Source: a virus
Direction: 5' to 3' (one strand)
DNA: 64,000 bases
Virus record (IMG/VR): IMGVR_UViG_3300045988_160236
Span: 95,578 to 159,577 of that record
Shown here in pieces: positions 30,284 to 41,299 of this stretch; the first letter of the stretch is position 1, and each line of letters opens with the position of its first letter. Both the position numbers and the translations under genes were made by a program. Below the pieces are notes generated by a model. It saw only the letters and a list, made by a program, of their open reading frames with translations. It searched no databases and was not told where the DNA came from.

Positions 30284-31378
30284 TTATGATAAACTATATA
30301 CGATGTTGTTCTTATCTATTTCTACTGTACCTACTACAGTTGTATCTATACCTCTAATGTTAGCGTTAATGTCCAAATATTTTGTGAAGTCAGTAATATC
30401 TCTTCCTAGTGGAAGCTCTTTAAACCACCCAACTTCTCCATAAAATCCACATCCTATTACTCTGTCTGCAATACCATATCTATTCTTAGATACAATAATA
30501 CTTCTAAATCTTCCAGCTAAACTATGAGGTCCGAGAATTTTATACTCTCGGTATGTTGGAATTTTGTCTCTTGCAGGATAATATAGTTGAAGAACTACAT
30601 CACTATCTTGAACAGGTCCTCCTGAATCCTTTACGTCATTTAAACCTGGTTCATTAAGTTCTGCTTTTCTTCTATCCATAGAAGAAGATTCTCTATTCTG
30701 CTGCATTAAAGCCATTCAAGAAAGATAAAACTTACGTTTTAGTGTAACCATAAAAGACGAAGTTAAATCAATTTCAGCTTTTAAGGTTCTTCCTTCTTCT
30801 GGTCTAATTAATGACATATGATCAATAACTCCAATTACTCTTTGCCTAGGATGTTTTGGAACATAAACTTCTTTATTTCCTACATTTTCTATAGAACCTA
30901 ATTTCTTCATAAGCTCACAGATCTCTTTATATAGAATGCGAGCATTAAGACCCTTATCAAGAATAATTAACCTGGAACCAAGAGTTGCAATCCAGTCTCT
31001 TGCCTTCTTTAGATACTGATAATCAGAATCACTGAGAATAGAATCAAAGGAAAGGATATCATTTATAGTAAGATATACTCCAAATTCTTCTGCACAATAC
31101 AAAGCCATAAGCTTCGCTAGTAGCACTTCAGAACCAATCTCCAAACTAAAATAAACAAGATATATAGGTTCTTTAGGATAATCCTTAAAAAGCCGATATA
31201 TAAAATACAGAACTAAAGCAGTTTTACCTGCAGAAGATGCTCCAGATATACAATAGTATCTTGAGGGTTGTATTCCACCTATAATCTTGTCTAATTTAGG
31301 TAATCCTACAGACAAACCTTTATTTTCCCCTTTTCTACCTTGCTCAATTAAATGCCAAAGTAAATTTAGATCCTCCAT
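30284..31378 (-). CDS. DnaB-like replicative helicase (RecA-like C-terminal domain); in-frame TGA at 30716-30718
   Basis: Walker A 'GASSAGKTALVL'; ORFs 30716..31378 and 30284..30715 share a frame and are separated only by TGA. Confidence 0.55.
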
Positions 31379-31815
31379 TAAAAATCCTGATAAACATCAA
31401 AAGAAGTACCAACATCAGGACTAAATCCTTCAGCCTTCATCTGTGCAAATTCATTCCATTTATGAGAAGCAACGAACTCAAGAATAGAAACCTTACAAAG
31501 CTTGTTTTCACGAGCCCATCGTAAAATTTCCATCACCTCTTTATGCTTTTCTGGATTATGCCCTATTTGAGAAGAATAATAAAAGTAAAATTCCTCTAAA
31601 GTATAAAATTTCTTAGCAATATTCCTAAGACTAGCCATCTTTCCATTAATTTGGATAAATGGTTCATAGTTATCAAATAGTTCCTTTCCAAGAACTCCTG
31701 ATTGTTTATAATACTTCTTTAGAAAATTTTTATTAAATTCGATATCATTAGGAACATAAGATTCTGGATTATAATTTTTCTTGATTATGGATTTTTCTTT
31801 TAGGCTCTCAAACAT
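31378..31815 (-). CDS. hypothetical protein (145 aa)
   Basis: ORF track. Confidence 0.35.
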   Translation of the reverse strand: MFESLKEKSIIKKNYNPESYVPNDIEFNKNFLKKYYKQSGVLGKELFDNYEPFIQINGKMASLRNIAKKFYTLEEFYFYYSSQIGHNPEKHKEVMEILRWARENKLCKVSILEFVASHKWNEFAQMKAEGFSPDVGTSFDVYQDF

Positions 31816-32042
31816 GGTTTTCAGTTTCTGTTTTCCCTCACAATCTGTCCACCACTTTAAGAAAAGCTCAGAATGGCCTTCTTCATCCCGAGCATAGAGA
31901 GTTAATCATATTAGTAACAGTTCGTCTGCACTAATATGATATTCAGCCATTATGTTAAGTATGGTATTTAACTCCATTTATATAGTTTTGGAAGTTAAAT
32001 TCAAATCTAAGTACCTACGGTTATTACGATACTTAGTACTGT

Positions 32043-33253
32043 TTAAAATCTATAGTTAGTAATTACATCATCTCGTTTTCTTGTGATTACTTCTTCTCCT
32101 TTTAAAACTAAGTCAAGTTGATCTTCAGTGATAGTAATATATGAAATTCCTTGATGGGCCTTATTAAACCAGGATTCTTCGTTAGTGCCTTTAACAACCA
32201 AAGTAAAAACTTCAGTTATCTTATTATTAACATAACGCAATCCCCTTCCCAAAATCTGCCTTGCATCAATTCCAGAACTAGTTCCACTAATTCTAATCTC
32301 ACAATTTATATCAGGGCAATCTAATCCTGCATTAGCTGCTTTAGATGTATTAAGAACCCCTGAAGATTGAGACTTAAACAATGCAATAGTTTCTGAGTTT
32401 TCTTGTTTTTTCTTTTTGCTATGAAGAGTATATCCAACTTTTAAAGATTCCGCATCCTTAATAGTGGCTGAAAAAGTAATAATTTTTTTATCTTTTCTTG
32501 CTTCTATAATTTTTTTCGCTATTTCAAACTTTTTAGGGTGAGACATAACAAATTTTTTGCGCTTCTGCATTAATTGCATCCACGCCATAGCAGCATTTAA
32601 AACCTGCTTTCTATCATATCCCATCTTATAAGCATAATTATTACGGAACTTTCAATCAGTTGCACATTTCATTGCAGAATTGAAATCAAAATTAAAGAAC
32701 GCAAAGACTGAATTAAACTTTTGGTTCATTACATAATAAGTATCCATGTCATCAACCTCCACAAGAACTTTGTAATACCTAAATGGCGATAATCATCCAT
32801 TTTTTATTGCTTCTTCAGTTGTAATGACATCGATTACTTTAGTATATAAAGATAGTAATTCCTCTCTTCCATCAAGTCTTTCTAAAGTAGCTGTAAGCCC
32901 CAGAAAGAAATCATATTTAACTTGATCAAATATTTTTATCGACTGCTCCGATACCGCAGTATGAAGCTCATCAATTATTAGAAAATCAACTTCTCAAGAT
33001 TTTTTTAAAATAGAATTAATAACCTCAACAGTAACATTTCCAAAGAATTTAGTTTTAGCTACGTCCCTTAGTCATTGTTCCTTGAGAATTGTTGTAGGTA
33101 CAGAAATTAGAATTTTAGCATCTGGTCTAATTTTTAGTAATTTCACACAAGCCATTAAAGCTCCAAATGATTTACCAACACCAGTACTTCAAACCCAAAT
33201 CCCATTTCCTTTATTATTAATTCATTTTTGAACGCCTAATCGTTGACGTTGAG
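32043..33253 (-). CDS. UvsW/SF2-like DNA helicase; about six in-frame TGA codons
   Basis: Walker A 'STGVGKS', DExH 'LIIDELH' and the helicase C-domain (ORF 32043..32624) all in one frame from ATG 33253. The region 32625-33253 is broken in the ORF track only by TGA. Confidence 0.65.
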
Positions 33254-33271
33254 TTTTGTCCATTAGTCACG

Positions 33272-34201
33272 TCAATAGTAACCGCACTCATCACATCTAT
33301 AAGTCTTACAGTTGGAACACTTATCTGCAAGATTTTCATAGAAAGCTTCATCAGAATCTTGGTAAGCATAAACATGCTTAGATTCTCCAGGAGGCCAATC
33401 AAAATCTGAATACCTTGCATATGATCCAGAAAGATCAGCTGTATGTTCATAAACTTTATCATTAAGCCTAATAATCTCTAAGATAAAATTTAAACAATTA
33501 TTTAACTCCGTTAAATTTCCATATTCTTTGTGTGTATGAGCACAATAATATCCACACGAAATATTAACTGCAGACAGATTAATGTTTTCTTTTAAAGTTC
33601 CAACATCTGTCATTGTACCTCGTGCCTCTTTGTACTTATATTTTTCTAAAAGACTATCTATATCTTCTAGAAACTCATCTGAAGTAATGTCTATGCCATT
33701 AGTATGTGTAATCAAATCTTGACCTCCCATTCTATCAGCTTGTAACAGGAATCTGCAATTATCAAAGAAATCAATATTTAAACCTGCAATTTCTGCTCCT
33801 ATACAACCCATTTCTTCTTGAGTTGTGAAACAAACCTTTAGGTCTGGCAGACAATATAAACAATGTAGACAAATATAGATACCAAAACAGTCATCTAATC
33901 CAAGTCCACATTGTTTTCCTGTCTTCTTATAATAGCCATAAATTTTATTCCCTTTAATTTTTGCACATTTTACACCTGTATAATGTAAGATTTCATCAAG
34001 ATGTGCTACTAGACAAGGATATACTGCTGGATTAGTAGTATTTTTTGTAATAAAAAGATTATTTTCATCATCCATTTCAAATTGTATACCTTCTATTGTA
34101 TAACAGAAGTTAAGTATATAAGTTATCATGGACTGTTCCTGTCTAGAAGGATGTACTATTTCGCATAGAGCTTTTAATAGTGTTGTATTTACTTGTTCCA
34201 A
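33272..34201 (-). CDS. hypothetical protein with C-terminal Cys cluster (309 aa)
   Basis: ORF track; 'CSNCKTYRCDECGYY'. Confidence 0.35.
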   Translation of the reverse strand: MEQVNTTLLKALCEIVHPSRQEQSMITYILNFCYTIEGIQFEMDDENNLFITKNTTNPAVYPCLVAHLDEILHYTGVKCAKIKGNKIYGYYKKTGKQCGLGLDDCFGIYICLHCLYCLPDLKVCFTTQEEMGCIGAEIAGLNIDFFDNCRFLLQADRMGGQDLITHTNGIDITSDEFLEDIDSLLEKYKYKEARGTMTDVGTLKENINLSAVNISCGYYCAHTHKEYGNLTELNNCLNFILEIIRLNDKVYEHTADLSGSYARYSDFDWPPGESKHVYAYQDSDEAFYENLADKCSNCKTYRCDECGYY

Positions 34202-34226
34202 AATTACTAAAATTAATTTTCAGAAC

Positions 34227-34496
34227 CTAATCTAAATTCCAATTTTTATATTCTGCTACTCGTTCAATATCCTTCTTAATTTTCATCCATTTATTGATAT
34301 GATAATCAAGATCATTGTCCAAAAGTAGTAAAACTTTGTCTCTAAGAGTTTTAAGAGCAATTGTAGACAAGGAAGATATTTTAGGGAGATCAGAAAGTTG
34401 AATTAAAGCTCTAAACTCAGCAAATGAAAGTCCTGTAGGACTTACACGCAGTCTAATATCAGGATTAAGACAAAGTCTTTCCTTGATAACTTCCAT
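34227..34496 (-). CDS. hypothetical protein (89 aa)
   Basis: ORF track. Confidence 0.3.
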   Translation of the reverse strand: MEVIKERLCLNPDIRLRVSPTGLSFAEFRALIQLSDLPKISSLSTIALKTLRDKVLLLLDNDLDYHINKWMKIKKDIERVAEYKNWNLD

Positions 34497-34559
34497 TCGA
34501 TTTCTAATTTTACCTCCTGTTTCTAATTCTGTAAGCTCTTGTTTTTCTTCGTCTGTGAG

Positions 34560-34814
34560 TCAGATTCCCTGCGCAATAATAAACTTGTCTGTAATCATCT
34601 TTTTGTTAAGTACATCAAGCTTATCAAAACATACATCCATTAACTTCCCTACAGTAACTTTCTCATAGATAGGAGGAAGTCCAGTAAATAAAACTGAAAT
34701 ACTGTCTTCCACATCTACGTTATTTGCTTTTCTTTGGACATTGATAAAGTCAAGTAGATCTTTATTAGTTTTAATATCTATCTCACAATCATGCATTAAA
34801 TATCTTGCAAACAA
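34560..34814 (-). CDS. hypothetical protein (84 aa)
   Basis: ORF track; likely extends upstream through TGA. Confidence 0.3.
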   Translation of the reverse strand: MFARYLMHDCEIDIKTNKDLLDFINVQRKANNVDVEDSISVLFTGLPPIYEKVTVGKLMDVCFDKLDVLNKKMITDKFIIAQGI

Positions 34815-35363
34815 TTCAGCATTACAAGAATCTCAACATTTTTGGATGTTTTCGCGAATTACTAATTTACCAGGTTTGTAAATGTCCCTGTTAGTTAGCA
34901 TTTGTTCGCAATGACGATGATATCGCTTTAGTTCATTCTGGGAAATATCCATTAAACGAATGTTTACACCAGTTTTGTCTTTTCATACCAAGCTATTAAT
35001 ATCATTGTCTTTAGCCGTTATAGCTTCCTTTAACTTAGCTCCAAATTCTGTATCCATATTTAATCAAACTTAAATTCTTTCATATTATTTATCTCTTTGT
35101 GTTTAATGAAGTTTATAAAATAATTAGCATTAAATTTATAAACTGCAAAATCTTGTATTTCTCTATTATATCACTGAGTTTCTCCAGCTTTCACACTTTC
35201 AAATTGCAGATATCCAGTATCTCCAATTTTGAGAGTGTCTTTATAGTCTCAATTTGGAAGCATTACAACAGTGACATATTTTAAATCATCGCAAGGATCT
35301 CTATTAAGGTCCTCAAACACCAATTTAGAATATTGTCCAGTCTGAACTGCAACTAAACAACAT

Positions 35364-36119
35364 TTAATTGTAATCATTATAACAATATCTAGAAAGGTAA
35401 TTAATACCAAGTAAATGAAACCTCGTATTATCTACAGTAGTATCCATAGTACTATGGTAATGCCCATAATACCAATCTTCTACTGGTCCTTTTTTAGACA
35501 TTTCTTCGTAGCAAGTTTGAAGATAATTTCTCTCCCAAAGTAATTCTTCCAGTAATGAATCATCTCCATCACAAAATTCCATTACTAACTTTCCTATTCC
35601 ATAAGGGTATGCACAGGTAGGAGCACAATGGGACGCAATAATTTGACAATATGGAATTGAATCAAAATTGTCCAACTCAACAATCTTTTCATCTTCCCAA
35701 TATCCCCATTTATTATTTTTTCTATAGATTCTATCTATAGAAGTTCCACCTCCAATACACAAGATATTTTTATCTTTATATTGAATTACAGAATAATCTT
35801 CAACCGCTTTGAATCTCTTGTTATAAAGGTTTTTAAACTGTTGAGGATCATCGTGATTCCCTCTTATGGCGATAATATAATTATTAGTTTTTTCGCAGAG
35901 CTTATTTAAGAAAGAGATCTTCATACTTTCAAGATCAGGAGAAAATCCTAATCCTACATCTCCACATAAAACAATACAGGAGTTAGATATCTTTTGTGAG
36001 AATCCAACTCCTGTATTTATAAAATACTTTAAATAATCTAAATTACCATGAATATCACCACAGAAATATAGATCATTAATGTCTTCGGGTAACTTAATCA
36101 ACATCTCCTTTATAAGCAT
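35364..36119 (-). CDS. PPP-family Ser/Thr protein phosphatase (lambda PPase-like)
   Basis: Motifs 'GDIHGN', 'GNHD', 'GHYH'. Confidence 0.65.
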   Translation of the reverse strand: MLIKEMLIKLPEDINDLYFCGDIHGNLDYLKYFINTGVGFSQKISNSCIVLCGDVGLGFSPDLESMKISFLNKLCEKTNNYIIAIRGNHDDPQQFKNLYNKRFKAVEDYSVIQYKDKNILCIGGGTSIDRIYRKNNKWGYWEDEKIVELDNFDSIPYCQIIASHCAPTCAYPYGIGKLVMEFCDGDDSLLEELLWERNYLQTCYEEMSKKGPVEDWYYGHYHSTMDTTVDNTRFHLLGINYLSRYCYNDYN

Positions 36120-36669
36120 TCATAATGGATTTCTCCTTACGAAGCCAAGAACCTTCCTCCATAGCAATATCTAGAGCAGTACGTGAAATTGATTCTTCTT
36201 CAACTTGTTCTTGAACAAGTCGTCCAGTTTCATCGTTATCTCCATTTAGCCAATTAAAAGTGGCCCAGTCCCCCTCTTCAAGAGCTGCATCCACAATTTC
36301 ATAAATAAGTTGAGTTGTTTGAATCTCCTTATCTACAGTTAACTTAAATGGCGTTACATTATCTTCAAAAGTTTCACTAATGGCAGGAATATCAGGGTAA
36401 ATATATGCTGCATCATTCTCATTCATATATGTACGAATCCATGAATGATGATGATATTCTTCATCTGCACGTTCTTTATAATACTGTTCTAGAACAGCTA
36501 ATCCTTGCACTCCATAAAAGTTAGAAAAACTCATATAGAGATTATGATTATACAGTTCGTGCTTTAATTGCCGCAGTAAAAGTTTTTGAATATTCTCAGA
36601 TAAAGTACACTTCCTTCTCTTAATATCTAATTTCTCTGTTGATTCCTGTGCCTCAGTTTTTAATTTCAT
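36094..36669 (-). CDS. ferritin-like di-iron-fold protein (191 aa)
   Basis: 'ADEEYHHHSWI', 'LEQYYKE'; helical, acidic. Confidence 0.3.
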   Translation of the reverse strand: MKLKTEAQESTEKLDIKRRKCTLSENIQKLLLRQLKHELYNHNLYMSFSNFYGVQGLAVLEQYYKERADEEYHHHSWIRTYMNENDAAYIYPDIPAISETFEDNVTPFKLTVDKEIQTTQLIYEIVDAALEEGDWATFNWLNGDNDETGRLVQEQVEEESISRTALDIAMEEGSWLRKEKSIMNAYKGDVD

Positions 36670-36816
36670 TGTCTTTGCATTCCTTTGTCATGAAACAGCG
36701 TAATTTCTTATTATACGCTGTCATCTCTTTAATTTCCTCATCGGTTTCACAATCTTTAGCATATACTAAACAACAACCATTGGGAGTAATCTGCACTATT
36801 CTGATTTCATATTTCA

Positions 36817-37182
36817 TTACCAGATATGTAATTTATAGAGATTTTCATGGAAATTTAAATTGAATTGCAATTCAAAGCATCCAAATAAATATGCATCAAT
36901 CTCAAATTCATGGTCATTGATTTCAAACCTAAGATTGAAATCGTCATCAGTAGTATAATATCTTGTAATATCAGACTCGTTAAAGAAGATTAAGTTAATA
37001 TCTTCTGTTATCATTGGAATCTCTTCCAACTCTATTGTAACTTCATCCACATATCCAGATTTTACAGAGTAGTTATTGAGATATTTCTCAATTTTTGGAT
37101 CCAACGATATGTCACTGTCATATTCATGATTAACACATGGATACCAGTGATTTCCGACTTTTTTAATCTTAAAATGAACCAT
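36817..37182 (-). CDS. hypothetical protein (121 aa)
   Basis: ORF track. Confidence 0.35.
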   Translation of the reverse strand: MVHFKIKKVGNHWYPCVNHEYDSDISLDPKIEKYLNNYSVKSGYVDEVTIELEEIPMITEDINLIFFNESDITRYYTTDDDFNLRFEINDHEFEIDAYLFGCFELQFNLNFHENLYKLHIW

Positions 37183-37610
37183 TATCTTCTGGTAGATCTA
37201 AACAATCACTTGCATGAGTTGCAAATAAATCCGCTAACTCATTAAATTTGTTATTATTGTGGCCTTTTACTCACACAAAAGTAACCGTATGAAACTTCAA
37301 TAATTCATAAATCGGATATCACAAATCAAGATTCTTTTTGGATTGATCATTGTCTTCAACCCACTTGGTAAGATGCTTGTTGTTAATACTCGATACTACA
37401 TATTGAGAATCCGAATATATGGTTATTTGTTCAGGATTTGTAAAATATCTAAGACATTCTAAAACCCCTAGAAGCTCCATACGGTTGTTAGTAGTGTTTT
37501 TATAACCCCTGTAAAGCTTTTTTATAACTTCACCATTTTGAGTTATTATTGCGGAGTATCCTCCGCAGTTAATGGATGGTTTGTAACTACCATCAGTTCA
37601 GCATTCAAAC
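37169..37610 (-). CDS. rnhA: ribonuclease H; three in-frame TGA codons (about 37596, 37321, 37271)
   Basis: 'MFEC*TDGSYKPSINCGGYSAII…TTNNRMELLGV…SDSQYV…KNLDL*YPIYELL…VTFV*VKGHNNNKFNELADLFA'. It aligns with E. coli RNase HI 'TDGSC…GGYGAIL', 'TTNNRMELMA', 'TDSQYV', 'KNVDLWQRLD', 'WEWVKGH…NERCDELA'. Confidence 0.8.
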
Positions 37611-37959
37611 ATTTAAATACCTCGTTAATTAAGAATCCCTGCAAATAACATAGAAACTCTTCATCTAACTCAACTCCTCTGAAAGTGCAAATTTTATGAG
37701 CAGCATGAAGACATTCATGTATAACGTTATATGCAGAATCTTTTATATCTGTATCATCGTATAATGCAATATACAAAAACTCATCAGCATCTGATTCAGT
37801 AGAATAAAAGGTTTCTGCAACTACATTTGGTGCACTATGTCCGAATACTTTGTTATGAACATCCTGAAGGTAACTTTCTACGGATAGTGGACTTCCAATT
37901 AGGATTGACACTTTAACATTAAGAATAGGAACAGTAAATTCCCTAGCTTTCTGTATCAT
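37546..37959 (-). CDS. hypothetical protein (137 aa)
   Basis: ORF track. Confidence 0.35.
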   Translation of the reverse strand: MIQKAREFTVPILNVKVSILIGSPLSVESYLQDVHNKVFGHSAPNVVAETFYSTESDADEFLYIALYDDTDIKDSAYNVIHECLHAAHKICTFRGVELDEEFLCYLQGFLINEVFKCLNAELMVVTNHPLTAEDTPQ

Positions 37960-38109
37960 CTTTTACCTCTTCGTATTCTGTAAATTCATAGATATAAGTA
38001 TTCCCCCTAAAGGTGGATTCACTATCTGTTAATGCTTTGAAAAAGCATTCTTTAAATTTATCTACATTTTTAGTAGAAACTTTACCATGAATTATAACTT
38101 CGTACTCTA

Positions 38110-38475
38110 TTAGAATTTCTTAGGATTCATTGCCCATATTTCTTCTTCAATAGCCTGAGATACATTCATTCGTACTTCACGAATATTATCTTTAGTAACT
38201 TCAGCTACTTTGAAAGGATGTTCAAGGGCTCTTTTGTAAGCTAACTCACGACCAACCTTCTTTACGAAACGATCTTTAGCTGAACATACAGCTACTCCAA
38301 AAGATAATTTTGTACGATCCTCGTTAAGCAGACTACAAATAGTAATTCGAGGCATAGGCTGAATTGAAGATTTGTAAAAACCAACAACATCATCAAGAGT
38401 AAAATCTTGAGTTCCTACAACTAAAGCCTTTACAGTGCTCAGCGGAACACTGTAATAAAAACGTGCATTTTTCAT
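38110..38475 (-). CDS. hypothetical protein (121 aa)
   Basis: ORF track. Confidence 0.35.
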   Translation of the reverse strand: MKNARFYYSVPLSTVKALVVGTQDFTLDDVVGFYKSSIQPMPRITICSLLNEDRTKLSFGVAVCSAKDRFVKKVGRELAYKRALEHPFKVAEVTKDNIREVRMNVSQAIEEEIWAMNPKKF

Positions 38476-38476
38476 A

Positions 38477-39853
38477 TTATATATGTATTAAATTTCCTTC
38501 GGTAGTTTGAAGTTTAAAAATTTTTGCATCGGTCAATAGTTCTCCACAAGTAGAATCAAATATATAGAAAGTATCTACATAGGGAACCAATCCTTCATAA
38601 TTTATTAACTTCGGTCTAAATAATCTATAAACTGGCATTTCTACTTCAGTGAGAGTCTTTATACTGTATATAGTTCTATCTACTTTATAAAAGTCTATAG
38701 GAACCTTACTTGCAACAGCTTTTGCAAACTTTACATAGTAAAAAGGACTAATTGAGTAAATCCTGTCCAGAAAGTATAAAGAATCATTAATTTGCCAAAG
38801 TATTGCTCTGGCACAAACTTTACCTTTTTCATCAAGTGCTACAGCAATCTTTGCATCAGCTTTTTCATAAAACTCAAAAAAATCTTGACACTCAGCATGT
38901 CGCATACAAGAATTATGCAATGTAGATTTTATACATCTTAGTTCTTCTGCATAATTATCTTCTAAATATGCTATACGTATTTTTTCAGGTTCCCAAATTT
39001 CTACACTAAGAGTTTCTCCACATCCAGAAACAAAATTGGATATCCTTTCGATATCACATCTATCCAGATAAGGGGCCCAATTGAACTTATTGAGTAATCG
39101 TCCTATAGTAGTTGTTTTCCTATTACTATCTATATATGCACGTGTGGGCTCAAAATCCTTTTTAAGAGTTTTCTCTATAGGAAGATAAGAAACTTTGCCT
39201 GTATTATAGTCAATATCTAGATAATTGACCTTTTTAGAAGGATTTAGTTCTAGAATGGCAGATAATCCAGCTGGGAATGCTTTCATAATAGATGCAAACT
39301 TATCAGACATTCTAATAATGTTCTTTCCTAAGTCATACTCCTTATATTCAACAACACCCTTATACTTAGTTACCATTTTTAATGCCCACATGGACATATT
39401 TGAAATAATATGTACACCTTTTGGGCATCCATTTTTTACGTCTACTTGTTCTGCATCTTTAACTCTTACTGGAATTAACTGATCTGCATAGTATAACTGC
39501 CTAATATGATCGGAAACATAGTCTAAATAATCATATCCTTCATACTTAAAGTAGTATACTGGAAATGATTCAAATACTTTTGATTTCTTCTTGAAGCTAT
39601 TTTCTATCTCTACACTTTTTTCTACCCAAAGATCATGAATTTCTCTCCATGAATGCGATTTTGGGGTGGGAGTCTCTGCCCAATGTAAAGAGTAATTAAA
39701 TATTTCTGGAGATAACCTAGATAAAATAAAGGGTTTACAGCTTAACTCGTAAGGAAAACCTTTTATCTGCAACCCTTTATTAAATTGTTCCACTAGATCA
39801 TACTTATTGCAAAATGCAACAAACTCATCATAAAAAAAATCTAATGCAGTCAT
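38477..39853 (-). CDS. hypothetical protein (458 aa)
   Basis: ORF track. Confidence 0.4.
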   Translation of the reverse strand: MTALDFFYDEFVAFCNKYDLVEQFNKGLQIKGFPYELSCKPFILSRLSPEIFNYSLHWAETPTPKSHSWREIHDLWVEKSVEIENSFKKKSKVFESFPVYYFKYEGYDYLDYVSDHIRQLYYADQLIPVRVKDAEQVDVKNGCPKGVHIISNMSMWALKMVTKYKGVVEYKEYDLGKNIIRMSDKFASIMKAFPAGLSAILELNPSKKVNYLDIDYNTGKVSYLPIEKTLKKDFEPTRAYIDSNRKTTTIGRLLNKFNWAPYLDRCDIERISNFVSGCGETLSVEIWEPEKIRIAYLEDNYAEELRCIKSTLHNSCMRHAECQDFFEFYEKADAKIAVALDEKGKVCARAILWQINDSLYFLDRIYSISPFYYVKFAKAVASKVPIDFYKVDRTIYSIKTLTEVEMPVYRLFRPKLINYEGLVPYVDTFYIFDSTCGELLTDAKIFKLQTTEGNLIHI

Positions 39854-39979
39854 TTTTTATTTCTCTTATATATCTTTTTTGATTCTTTAATCTTAGTTTT
39901 AGGAAGAGGCTTTCCATACAATTGGATCTCCTCTTCCCTTGATTTTTTCCTTACAGCCTTTATGTAATCTAAGATACGT

Positions 39980-40237
39980 TTATTTTCTAGAGAATTTAGC
40001 TTTCCACTCTTCTCCCCATCTTTTACCTTTTTCATAACGTAAATCGATTGTATAATCGCTATAATTGTAGTCGCTAACTATTGTTTTAGGATTTGGAATA
40101 TTACAATCAAAATCCTCATCTTGTAATCTTAAAAAATTACTCTTTAAATAATTTTTTATTCTCCTTTTAACGATTCTGTGATAAATGCCTTTAAGACCTT
40201 TATCTTTAAAAATTGGAAGTTTGCGACTTTTTGACAT
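39980..40237 (-). CDS. small basic protein (85 aa)
   Basis: ORF track; K/R-rich. Confidence 0.3.
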   Translation of the reverse strand: MSKSRKLPIFKDKGLKGIYHRIVKRRIKNYLKSNFLRLQDEDFDCNIPNPKTIVSDYNYSDYTIDLRYEKGKRWGEEWKAKFSRK

Positions 40238-40239
40238 AA

Positions 40240-40728
40240 CTAAAGTTTGCGATTTAAATAACTACTAAAATCTGCTTTTACAGGACAATATTCTTCATTC
40301 GCAAATAATGACGAAGTAAGAATCATGTCTGCTGTAGTTCTATTTGTTGCAAATGCAATATTATATAAGGATGCCAATCGAGTTAATGCAGAAATATCTG
40401 TTTGATGTCCTTGTGTAATAAGATTATCACAGAAGAAGATTAATACATCAATTTGACCTTGTGCAATCATTGCACCAATCATTTGATCTCCTCCAAGAGG
40501 TCCAGAAAGAACAGAGGTTACATTTAAATATTTATTTACAAAATATTCATTTCCTTTCCAGTCTGTTTCTGCAACTTGTTTAACCATGATATTGCCAAGT
40601 AACTTACCTGTAGTACCTGTAGCAATAATATGATGATTATATAATGACTGTTTATTGAATTTAACCCAATCAATTAATTCTTGTTTTCGTGCATCATGTG
40701 CAACGAGTGCTATATTTAGTTTTTTCAT
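40240..40728 (-). CDS. mgsA: methylglyoxal synthase homolog
   Basis: 'IALVAHDARKQELIDWV…ATGTTG…GPLGGDQMIGAMIAQGQIDVLIFF' closely parallels MgsA 'IALVAHDHCKQ…ATGTTG…GPMGGDQQVGALI…IDVLIFF'. Confidence 0.6.
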   Translation of the reverse strand: MKKLNIALVAHDARKQELIDWVKFNKQSLYNHHIIATGTTGKLLGNIMVKQVAETDWKGNEYFVNKYLNVTSVLSGPLGGDQMIGAMIAQGQIDVLIFFCDNLITQGHQTDISALTRLASLYNIAFATNRTTADMILTSSLFANEEYCPVKADFSSYLNRKL

Positions 40729-41012
40729 ACGTTTTTAGCTACATTTTCTCTTAGTACTCTTACCATTAAGGCAGTCATACTTTCTCTATAACTTACTCCT
40801 CCTTTAAGAAATTTAAACATATCATCAGATGATATATAAAGCTGTTTCAGCATATTCCAATAGATAAGATTACATTTTCGAAGTGAAAATTGCATCTTGT
40901 AATTCAAACATTTTAAGATATTTGGCTCTATTATTGAATTATTACAAGGATGAGAAATAACACCCAATTTATTATTGGGAATAAGTTTTTTAAACTCAGT
41001 AAATGTCTTCAT
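40725..41012 (-). CDS. hypothetical protein (95 aa)
   Basis: ORF track. Confidence 0.3.
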   Translation of the reverse strand: MKTFTEFKKLIPNNKLGVISHPCNNSIIEPNILKCLNYKMQFSLRKCNLIYWNMLKQLYISSDDMFKFLKGGVSYRESMTALMVRVLRENVAKNV

Positions 41013-41025
41013 AAAAATAATTTAA

Positions 41026-41102
41026 GGGTGCATAACCGAATTCGAATCGGTGACCTCCAGAGTCACAATCTGGCGCTCTAAACCAACTGAGCTATACGCA
41101 CC
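41026..41102 (-). tRNA. tRNA-His (anticodon GTG) with encoded G-1
   Basis: Hand-folded cloverleaf: acceptor GTGCGTA/TATGCAC, G-1:C73, D-stem GCTC/GAGC, anticodon arm CCAGA-TTGTGAC-TCTGG, T-arm ACCGA-TTCGAAT-TCGGT. Confidence 0.7.
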
Positions 41103-41299
41103 ATATAGGAAGATTACTCTTCCTTATATACCTTGTGTTCCCTTAAATGTTTACCAATATAAACTCCTACACTTAAAGGAGCATAAATACCTGCAAACAA
41201 TAAAAGTATATAATCTGAAAACTTCCAAGGTTTTCCGTCATCAGAACCAAAAATAATACCTGCACAAATCAAGTAATACACTAAAGAGAAAATCATAGT

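Noticed and set aside
33217-33462. ORF 33217-33462 (81 aa) and other short alternative-frame ORFs (783-971+, 922-1131+, 8220-8423+, 9837-10127+, 16829-17167+, 23906-24184-, 53238-53420-)
   Set aside because: They overlap longer, homology-supported genes in other frames, and all plus-strand ones oppose the uniform minus-strand orientation.
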